DNA of 64,000 nt from Antedon mediterranea (Eukaryota; Animalia; Echinodermata), in the NCBI RefSeq assembly GCF_964355755.1, contig NC_092674.1, positions 30,132,001 to 30,196,000 of the forward strand. Direction: 5' to 3'. The notes beneath the pieces are model-generated. The model saw only the letters and a program-made list of their open reading frames with translations. It was not told where the DNA came from and searched no databases. Shown in pieces: positions 53,901-64,000 of the stretch; within the stretch, counting starts at the first letter, position 1, and each line of letters begins with the position of its first letter. Made by a program: the position numbers and the translations under genes.

Positions 53901-54319
53901 GATGCGGATCATGCTATTTGACAACTAGGAAATGATCACAGATAAAATGAAAACATAGGGTTCTTTTTTTTATTCTAAATATGAAGTCAGTCATTCTCTG
54001 TATTCGGTTGAAATGTTTGTTTTGGTCTAGTCATTGGATTATTTCATTTTCACCCCTTATGAATAGGAATCGTGCCAATAAGGCACGATTTACAAATAGT
54101 TTCTTTCCAGGATCTATTAGAGCCTTAAATATGATGTAGACTTTTTTTTGTAATGTTCTTGTTTTTTTGAGTTCGTGTTGTGTCCGTTGGATATTGTGCT
54201 CCGCCAACAGAGCAAACAGAATTTCTATGTTTTTCCTAAAACAAATGATAATAAATGATACTTGACTTGACTTGACTTGACTTGAATTATTTAGGTCAAA
54301 ATGAAAGGTTTTTTATTTA

Positions 54320-54660
54320 TTATTCTTCCTCCTCCAAGATCATTCCATCTAGCTTGCCGTAATCTCATCGTCATCGTTATTATCTTCTCATATATAATAT
54401 TTCAATACTAAATCCTCCTCCTTATCATTCCTTTCATTGTCCTCATAATCAAAATCATCATATCAAAATCATCCTCATCAAAATCATCATAATCAAAGTC
54501 TTCGTAATTATAATCAAAATCATCATCATACAGTAATCAAAATCCTCGTCATCATAATCAAAATCTTCCTAATTACCTGTATAATCAAATTCAACCTCAT
54601 CATCCTCATCACATCGTAATAAACCATTATCATACTCTTCGTCATCACCCATACCATCTT
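54320..54660. repeat. Degenerate low-complexity (TCA)n / TCATAATCAAAATC repeat
   Basis: Recurrent ATCATCATAATCAAAATC units; minus strand reads D/E/F/Y-rich but with stops and frameshifts. Confidence 0.7.
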
Positions 54661-55303
54661 CCTGCCACTATCAATAAGAAAACCCATCAACTAGCAATAA
54701 CACAAACACAGACATAAAATACAGACCTCATAACGGAATGATTATTATGACTTTTAAATAGCTTACTAACCAGGTAGCTAGCTAGCCCCACCATTACAAC
54801 TGTCAATTTACCCTGTGATTGACAAGCCTGCTTGACCCCAAGGGATGCGGTCATATTGATTGGCAGACTGTGACAAGCGGGGCTAGTGACAAGAAACATG
54901 AAAAGTCACTCTACTACTACTTGGTGTCAACTCATAAAACGACTTTGATTAATATAAACAGGATTTAAACATTGGAAAGAATTCACACATGTATTACGCT
55001 TGATGGACATGTTTTTAAATCTATCTAAAATAAACATGTTTACTTTTAAAAGTATTTTAAATAATAATGATACTAGATTGAAGCTAAGCCTATAGAATAA
55101 TCACTAGAGCTATGTTTACACTAGAGTAAGTTACATCTGTGTAAGTGCTCTTGTGACGGTAAACTTTGTTGTACCTTTGCGTCGTCAGTAACACCGATAT
55201 AATTCTGATAGGTTTCAGTACATCTGCAGAATTTGTATTTGTGGGGCTAAATTCATAGCTTTGTATATTTATTTTATAATTCCTGATACAAAAAACTGTA
55301 TAA

Positions 55304-55479
55304 AGCTCTGTCTACACTGTCAAACTAGTTTGACAAAAAATGTGTGATGTGCCCAAATATGGTAGTGCTATGCCCAAATATGGTAGTGCTATGCCCAAAT
55401 ATGGTAGTGATTTGACATCATCATGTATGGGCACATCACATTTTTATGTAACATAAAGGTTGATAGTGTAGACAGAGCT
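55304..55479. mobile_element. MITE family A copy with three internal 20-bp repeats
   Basis: TAA|AGCTCTGTCTACACT...AGTGTAGACAGAGCT|TAA (TAA duplication, as in PIF/Harbinger); (TGCCCAAATATGGTAGTGCTA-like) x3 inside. Confidence 0.9.
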
Positions 55480-56684
55480 TAATAAAAAATGGCACGATAG
55501 ATACTATATATCTGGCGCTCTGTTTTTGGTAGGCCACCATATAAAAGCTTAATAATAATCTGTAAAACTGAGTACACCTTTTAATATTTAAAACTTCCAT
55601 TAAAATATGTCTTTGAACTTAGCCAATTAAAAGGTCAGGACCAATTTAAATGATATTAAAGCAACTGCCGCTTAAACTAGATACTGGTGTACACTTGCCA
55701 ATTCCTTTTCTATTTTGAAACAAAATTCACCCATTTTCTTGCAGTAAAATAGCAATTACTACAGTAGAACACTTTTTATATGACCCCTAATGTTGAAGTT
55801 TTGAATACCATATTTGGTGCTCATAATATTTACTCTGGTCTGTATTTTTGGCCAAGTTGGTAAAAAACAAGATTACTCATGTTTCAACATAGATTAAAAC
55901 ATTTGATTTATTTTCTGCTCCTACTACTTGCAATACCCATGCCTTACTTGACAGTGAAACGTTAGCCCTGTATACATGTGCAGAATTTCATCTTATAATC
56001 TGAGGCTTGGAGTCGTTGAGCCAGAGCTTGACCCCCTGCTGTGAATGGTGTCATTTGACATTGACCTCGGCAAGGAAGTTACTAAATCCTTTAGGGCGCA
56101 CGGCCTAATCTGCACTGCAGGGCGCCCACCAAACTAAATTTGTTCTCCTCGGAAGAACGAGCGAGTTGTCGATAAAAATAAACAGGGAGATGATATAGCA
56201 AGCCAACAGATGCTGTTATAATTAGTCTCGTCTGTATCCCCTAACGATGGAACTGTAATTAACGCGTGTTAGTAGTTAACTGCAACTATTTTGCAACTGC
56301 AAAATCAATTTAGAATTAAATATTTTGGTTAAATTTTAAATATCTCTGTTAAAAAATCATTTTTTTGTTTTCCTATAAATTTAGTATTTTCATTATTTTC
56401 ACTTTTTTTAAATGTCAGAAATACTTTGTGACAATAAAACAAATTTTTGATAAAACACAATGGTCACAAACATTTTTGAAAATACAGCTAAACTATAAAA
56501 TTGTAATAAACAAAAAGATTTTATGACGAACAATTGTCACAAAACTCAATTTAAAAGATTGTCACAAAAGTTTTGTAACAATAGAAATAAAATGCACATT
56601 TTTAAGACGATTAAATTAAAGACGTTAGGATTTGTGATGTCACGTTTAGTTTACCTGATGTCAATGAATGTTGTAATGCCTACA

Positions 56685-56701
56685 TGACCTGGAAGTGACC
56701 T
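56685..56701 (-). promoter_or_regulatory. Perfect DR5 nuclear-receptor element (RARE consensus)
   Basis: Plus strand TGACCT-GGAAG-TGACCT = AGGTCA-N5-AGGTCA on minus; extra half-site TGACCT at 56726. The motif is seen directly; function is inferred. Confidence 0.55.
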
Positions 56702-56867
56702 TCTTGTTTCCACATCATCACCCTTTGACCTTTTACTTCAAGCTTTTAAATCTTCATTTAAGGATGTGAAATATGTATGTGCCAGATAGCATTATATCGT
56801 ATGAAACTTGAAGTGTGGTGTAGTAAAGAAAGTGCATCGTTTGAAACTTTGCCACAAAGTAAATTGC

Positions 56868-57246
56868 CAGGGCATCATTTATAAGGAGCGCCTGCGCGAC
56901 CGCGCTCCTCCGCGCTCCTCAACAGGCTTCGAGGAGAGCAATTTATCGCGCTCCTTAATTTTCAAAATAGAGCCTAGCTTTTGACAGTGTTGATTTTTCT
57001 GTCAAGAGGCCTAAAAACACGTGGATTTTTAAAAGTTAAAAAAAAAAATTCCCGTCGGGCAAAAAAATGTGTACAAAAAATTAATAAGGGCCAGCCATTT
57101 TTAATAAGGGCGACCATCCTTCAACTTCAACATAAATATTTGAGGAGAGCGATTTAAAATGTTTGCAAGGAGAGCGAATTGCTCTCCTCGGTGATTTGAG
57201 GAGAGCGATTTGTTGCTCTCCTGGGTTTTGCATACGTGATGCCCTG
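56868..57246. mobile_element. hAT-like MITE with a 6-bp target duplication
   Basis: AATTGC|CAGGGCATCA ... TGATGCCCTG|AATTGC; internal CGCGCTCCT/GGAGAGCG subterminal repeats. Confidence 0.8.
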
Positions 57247-58047
57247 AATTGCGCAAACTTTTTTTGTAAGAACCAGTGTCCATAATCACATATAAGTGAA
57301 ATACCAAGTATTTCACTTAAGTCAATAAATATTTAGGTGATATATTTACTTACATAGGACAGGTTGTAAATGTTAAAAGTGTTTTCCTTTGCTTAAGAAT
57401 GTATCATGCTCACATTAATTTATTCTGAAATTGAATGTTGGGGGTGGGGGCGCGATGGGTGTTGGGTGGGTTGGGGAGGGAGGTTGTTGTACATTTTAGT
57501 TTCAATAAAAAATGTAATAAAAACAAAAGACAAAATTTATTGCTCATCTAGCTGTTTTTGCTGTTGTGCTATAGTGTGTGGAATTACTGATGTGTTTTAA
57601 ATAAATGGAAACAATACAATATTAATCTATAATGCCAAAAAGAACATTTATCACCTTGGTAAGAAGGTAACACTGGCTCTTGTCATAGGGATTTAGTTCC
57701 CTTTTGTGTTTCCTGCCACTTACTTTGTACTTGTTTGTTTGTTATGTTTTTTAAATGTTTTTGGCAATAAATAAGAAAGCAGTTGTTAAGTTAAATAGAA
57801 AACAGTTTTATTTTAATTATTTGATTCCCATCCAATTTTCCCACTTAATATTTTTTTCAACAGGAAATAAGAAATATATTTTCCATAAATATGATTATGA
57901 TTCAATTTTGTGTCCACAATGGTATTAATATATTTCCCAAGTTTATCATTTTGGTTTGCAGTTGATTTTGATTTTTTGTTTTTTCCTCCTTTTATTTAAT
58001 TATTGGAAAAAATACTACTATTAAATATGGAATATAAGCTCTCTTAA

Positions 58048-59160
58048 AATGGACCTGAAATGGATTTTCGATTTTTTTCATTTTAGAATGATGTTTTGGG
58101 GGCTATTAGGTGTTGCTAGAATGTATATTGTTACAAAATATAAATTGGCCCTTTTGGGGAAAGCCCCATTTGAAAATCAAAAAAATTCGCGGGTGACGTC
58201 ACTTTGCGAATATATTCCTATCCCTCCAATGGACAATTTGCAGTTTTTTGGCTATAACTCAAGAAATCTATGGAGTATTTTCTAAAAAATGCTTGTGCAT
58301 TTGCAGAAACGTATTTAGAATTTTTTTTAGATAAAATTATTACCGTATAAATGGTTATTCATCGAGTAAATGACGATTTAAAATCTTAAAATCAACGGTT
58401 TTTTTCTGGCAATACCGAAGTTGGCCTGGCAACGTTGTCCGGGATACAGCTCCGTGCGCAATGATGCGTATCCATATTATCCGTTCGTGTATTTTGTATC
58501 GTTCGTAATTTATACTGCTAAAATGTGTTAGTTTCTTCAGTTTTTAGTTTAGCAGAATTAAATTAGTAATATGAGATGATAATTTATTTGTCACGAATCA
58601 GGCAGTTCGAAAACGAATTTTATTCATATTTTACTTTGGCTTGACAATGAGCGCAGCAAGTTGTTGATATCGCTTTGGTCCTTAAATGCACATGAAACGG
58701 AGCCTCGCCGCATGATGTGGGTGGTGGATCGACTCCGCGCACTAGGCCTAGAAGGTTTGGGAGGTAGGCCTTCTAAATTCGGGTTTTAGAACAAACGAAG
58801 TACATTTTAGGGACCTATATTTCAACAACATTAGATATTGAATAAATTAGTATTAGTGTCAACGCTTCGCGTATCTTTCCAGGCCGTCGATCATTCACTG
58901 ACTATCGGGCGGCATACACGCTCTCGATATCATCGTGTGTATATGTGACGTCGTGAATATAGAGGCTTCTGACGGCCGTTGAAATAGAATATTGCAATGG
59001 CGTGAGTAATTTTCGCTAATTTACCATGGTATCTTAAAATTTCGTTTTTACTCAAAATACTATACATTTTGTTTTTATTTGTATGGGTTTGTGTTAATTT
59101 GATACATTTAAATAACATGTGTGAATTTCTTGAAAATCGAAATTCCATTTCAGGTCCTTT
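58048..59160. mobile_element. Kolobok-like non-autonomous DNA transposon
   Basis: TTAA|AATGGACCTGAAATGGATTTTCGATTTT ... AAAATCGAAATTCCATTTCAGGTCCTTT|TTAA; TTAA duplication with purine-purine termini; CpG-rich interior suggests a young insertion. Confidence 0.8.
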
Positions 59161-60510
59161 TTAAATAGAAATTTATTTAAAAAGGAATTTATTTTAAAGC
59201 TTGGAGACAGAAATACTGACTGACTGAAATGGTTTAATATTTGAAATAAGCTATCTAAATGCTGTGTTTATTCAATGTACACAAAATATGAGCTTAACCA
59301 TTTCCGAATAACTTTCTAAATTTCCTATGAAAAAAATTATATCTAATATTTTCTTATACTTAAGTTAATTTGAGGCTAGTCTAGCTGGCTCCACATACTT
59401 AGCTCTCTTGGCCTACCACTGTTCAATGGAGTTAGTAATATTAGCGACGAACGAGGCTGGTAAATGAACTTGAGTATAGTTCCCCTCTACGTTTGTGATT
59501 GACATGTTAGGCCGGGTGTGAAATTACATCGGGCTCCGGAGCCTTCCGGTCTGTCACACGTTGATGGAGTATGTATAGCAACATGAAGGAGTGAGCATAG
59601 TTACATACTTTAGGAGGCTGAAGTTGACGTTAATTGGAATAAGAAAGAGGACTCTGTCACATCCATTATGATAATTGTATCTCATCCAATGGTTCATTAA
59701 TTATCGGTCCTATGGTTAATTTGCCAAGACTAGACTAATAATCTAAGTTCTAATGTTCCATAGACACAACATTGATAAAAATCATTTACGCATTTCCTCT
59801 ACGCTTGTAATAATACTCTTATGATTAATGCCCAAAGGTGTGCATTAAAATCTAGAAGTACAGATATAAAAAAACTGAAAAAAAGAAAAATTAATTTGTA
59901 AAAAATACACTGTTTATAAATATGGAAAATATTGCAAAACATATATCAGCAGCATCTGCATGGTAAACTTTATCATTGAAGATCCAGAATGAACCAAGGG
60001 CTTAACAATTTTGAAATTATTGATGTTGATGCAAAGTAATTCCCGAAATTTAGGAGGGGTGGGGGGAGGGGAGAACCCGGGTTGGCTGCCCTCACTGGAT
60101 CCATCTATCTATGTTTTTACAGAATGAAAATTGACAAACAAGATCATTTTATTTCATCAGCAGCAGCCTTGTGTAGGTTAAACCGTCAACAGATGATATT
60201 TGTAGCTTAAATTCATCAGGATTGTTTAAAGGTAGCTTTTAATACTTTGATGGTTTTACCAGCTTAGGGTGATCTCAGGTTAAAGCGCTGTTATTAATCT
60301 GCCTGGGAAAAAGACCCTTTGGTTAAGTCGTAGTTAGGTTAAGATTAGCAGATTGTGATCTGAGTATTTCATTTTACTAAGAATATAACTGCAAGTGTAC
60401 ATTGTTTTGAATCGGGATTAATATTTAAAACTTTGTTTTTAAAGATATTTGTTTTAGCGATTAAAACACTAAACCAGCAAATTGAGAAATTGGCAAAAGT
60501 GGAAGGAGAA

Positions 60511-61225
60511 ATGTTGATGTGTGCTAACCCTAACTCCATCAAGGTACAGTCATTATGTTGATGTGTGCTAACCCTAACTCCATCAAGGTACAGTCATTAT
60601 GTTGATGTGTGCTAACCCTAACTCCATCAAGGTACAGTCATTATGTTTGATGTGTGCTAACCCTAACTCCATCAAGGTACAGTCATTATGTTGATGTGTG
60701 CTAACCCTAACACCATCAAGGTACAGTCATTATGTTTGATGTGTGCTAACCCTAACTCCATCAAGGTACAGTCATTATGTTTGATGTGTGCTAACCCTAA
60801 CACCATCAAGGTACAGTCATTATGTTGATGTGTGCTAACCCTAACTCCATCAAGGTACAGTCATTATGTTGATGTGTGCTAACCCTAACTCCATCAAGGT
60901 ACAGTCATTATGTTTGATGTGTGCTAACCCTAACTCCATCAAGGTACAGTCATTATGTTGATGTGTGCTAACCCTAACACCATCAAGGTACAGTCATTAT
61001 GTTGATGTGTGCTAACCCTAACACCATCAAGGTACAGTCATTATGTTTGATGTGTGCTAACCCTAACTCCATCAAGGTACAGTCATTATGTTGATGTGTG
61101 CTAACCCTAACACCATCAAGGTACAGTCATTATGTTGATGTGTGCTAACCCTAACACCATCAAGGTACAGTCATTATGTTGATGTGTGCTAACCCTAACT
61201 CCATCAAGGTACAGTCATTATGTTC
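60511..61225. repeat. 44/45-bp minisatellite, about 16 copies
   Basis: Unit ATGTTGATGTGTGCTAACCCTAACTCCATCAAGGTACAGTCATT, with an optional extra T and a T/A variant. Confidence 0.97.
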
Positions 61226-63959
61226 TTGTACATGTACTCTATTAATCTGTTTCCACTTCGGATGAATATCAATTTTTGATCGCTAACCCAGCGTTGTGTG
61301 GTTCATTTGTTTGATAAGCAAAATTTGTTAAAACTTTTCATGTCGTAAATCAAAGTTTGTGCTAAATTTGAACGTGACAAAGTGTTGAATTATTCCAAAT
61401 TTTAACCGCACTTTTGATTGATTTATAAAACACATTTAGTTTTGCTGTTAATTTTCCCTTGAACTTAATAAAGTATGCAAATTAGTTCCACCTGCGTTAA
61501 GAATAAAAACGCATATTAAAATCTTGAATATTTAAGATGCATAATTAAAAGTTGCTATACAGATAGTCTCGCATAATAAGTCACATGTGATGTTTAATTA
61601 TGCAAATTATGATCTTAATTAAAGAATGATTATAAACATTTATTAAATAAAATCAATTCCATCTGCATTATAAAAGTAAAAAATTCAATTTGAAACTTTA
61701 AATCATATAAAATACAGATAGTTTTGCATAATAAATCAGCTATATGAAAATAATTATTTAATTAAAGAATAATTAGGAATTATTATGCCTAAAATAAAAC
61801 TCAAATTTAATTAATTTTGTAATTAAAATAAGATGGTAATGGTTAACACTTTCTTAACATCCATTAATTTTAAAATCAGTATTAAAGTAAGTGTTAGTTG
61901 TTAAAAGATTCCAATATCCTTATTAAAAAAGACAGAGAAAATGAAAATTATGAGTTTAAAAAATGTTATCATATTAAGATCATTTGAGTAGGTCCTTGAT
62001 GTTTGATTAAAGAAAAATATTTATATTGTAAAGAACTTTTCCTTTTCTTTTAAAATAGTATTTTTCTTTTCAAATTTACAACAACAAGATGGCCTTGTAG
62101 TAGAGCGCCAACTGTGAGAAACAAGTTAGTCCAATTTATTTAACAAATGCCGACAAAATGTGTTTTTTATGCAACTAAAAAAACAACATTGCAACGAGAC
62201 AAAAATACTGAAATGGTTCTTATCAGTGGTTTCTTAACATTTGTTTGGAATTTAATCTTCCTAAATTTGTCAAAAAATATTCAATTATTAACGTTTTAAA
62301 TTTGAATTTAATTGTATAAGTCAAGTTTGCTTTGCCTTATATGTTGGTATGGATGTAGTTTTGTAGTTTTTTTTCTTTGTGGTATATTTGTATGAATTTA
62401 TTTTTCTATTATACAAAAATACACTAATTGAGAAATTGCTACAAATTTTTTTTTTCATGTGTTTTTTTTAATATGAATAAATATACCAAATATATATTTT
62501 AAAATTAATTCATGATTGACAAATGCAATATAGTACTGCAGTGTAGTTGATATTTCTTATTGTAGGAATAACTTGGTGGTTCTATGTAGCATGTGTTCTA
62601 ATCCTATGATTGAGTCCGAGTCTAAACATCACAGTTCCGTTTTGTCTTTTATGCCATTAAAGTTTTAGCCAAAGCAGCATGAACCTAAAGTCGTGCATGA
62701 TTATGCCTAAACTGATTTAATCAAATTGTGATTATTCTATCAATGTCAGAAAGGCAAAACAAAAATTAGATCAAGAATTTTAGCCATGGAGGACTTGCAG
62801 TAATTTCTCTGTTTCCGGTCTTTTTGTACAGTATTTTGTATACAGATGTGTTATGGCTTAGAGTGATTAGGCCCAGGTGATATTCGTGTTAGTTCCTAAT
62901 TACTTAAGATTCAAAAAGACCAATTGCATCAGTGTTTTGTACCCAAACACCTGTCTGTGTGTGACTTAAAAAACTAAAAGGTCACATACTTCATTCCATG
63001 AGAACATGATTAAATCTCAATGCTTAACATTAACTCAATTTCCGAAAAAATTGAAAATTTGACATTGAGGAAACCGTGAGGAAACTACACATAATATGAA
63101 TTCTTGATGAATGGTGTTTAACGGTTCGTTGGTTCATGAATGACCGGCAATTTCAAAGTCAAAATTTAGATTATATGGTGTAAATTTGTGTGTTATAATG
63201 CCATCTAGGCAATGAAAATACAGTGAATTATGCACACATAGATTGACATGCTGGTGATATAATAAAAATATATGTGATGAAATAGGATCTAAATTTTAAT
63301 TTTGTGACAGAAAATAACATTTAGCATGAAATTAAAGGTATTGTATTGTTACAGAAATGAATATGTTGTATGATATAATTGTAATATTAAGTATATCAAA
63401 GAGTTGACCTTCTCCTCAATTTAAATTTAAGTAAAAACATCCTCAAATTGTTAGATAATACTGAAGCACCCTACCATCAAAAGCAGTAAGCTACCAGGAA
63501 CTGACAGATGCAGGGCCTGTCAAAATTAGGTGCAAGGACAGATGTTATGTTAGATCATATGGAATGTGTTATTTTACCCTCAGCTGTTTAGTAGTGGAGT
63601 TGAGATCATTAGGCTAGATGGGGCCGACATCATTGTCTCTGTTTAGGTTAGGCCGTCTCAATGTCAGCATTTAATGTTACCGTTTATGACACATTTTAGG
63701 AAGTCATAGAAATAGTTCTTTTAAAATAGTTCAATTTCAGCACATGTTTATGTATTTATGTGACATATGAAATGGCCTGTTTCTGGTGCAAGTAAATAAA
63801 TAGCCTGTGAATAAATTATACATTCAGAAACTGGAAACATTTCAAACAAGGCTATGGTTAAAAACCCAGTTTATTTATTAACATTTGTTGCAGAATGCAG
63901 TCTGTTGTTTACAGAATATATATAAAATATGATTTTTTTGTTATTTGACACCAAACTTA

Positions 63960-64000
63960 AGCTCTATCTACACTCTCGACCTTTATGTGACATAAAAAAG
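63960..64000. mobile_element. MITE family A, left end (runs off window)
   Basis: AGCTCTATCTACACTCTCGACCTTTATGTGACA. Confidence 0.65.

Noticed and set aside
46950-53930. Exon-like GC-richer patches at about 47000-47260, 48420-48500, 52060-52480 and 53660-53930
   Set aside because: All frames I tried are interrupted by stops, with no consistent splice chain and no recognisable family.
46700-64000. A ParaHox homeobox exon (Gsx, Xlox or Cdx)
   Set aside because: No homeodomain motif such as WFQNRR seen in the ORF track or by eye; the ParaHox link remains a synteny inference.

Overview
AT-rich, intron-rich animal genomic DNA, probably from a marine invertebrate deuterostome such as an echinoderm (low confidence). 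Almost all of the supplied ORF track is noise; the real genes are spliced. I reconstructed two complete + strand genes by hand: POMP/UMP1 (proteasome maturation protein, 6 coding exons, 6913-31253, 141 aa) and CHIC1/2 (cysteine-rich hydrophobic domain protein, 5 coding exons, 35687-44277, 167 aa, one GC-AG intron). A probable signal-peptide-only first exon on the - strand (3365-3428) lies head-to-head with POMP. POMP, CHIC and VEGFR/PDGFR-type receptors are classic neighbours of ParaHox clusters. The stretch after CHIC, where I found no gene, carries a perfect DR5 retinoic-acid response element and several PBX/MEIS-like sites, so it may be ParaHox regulatory flank (inference; no homeobox seen). 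Mobile DNA includes a tandem Helitron2/Helentron-like dimer, a fold-back pair of Academ-like XPG remnants, Kolobok-, MULE-, hAT- and Harbinger-like non-autonomous elements, a Penelope-type minimal hammerhead ribozyme and three minisatellites. The most unusual signal is a strong, regionally partitioned excess of TACAGTA/TACTGTA (gene bodies) and TAGGCCTA (promoter-proximal). Internal repeat comparisons show the former are 5-bp insertions at TA, i.e. likely Tc1/mariner excision scars.
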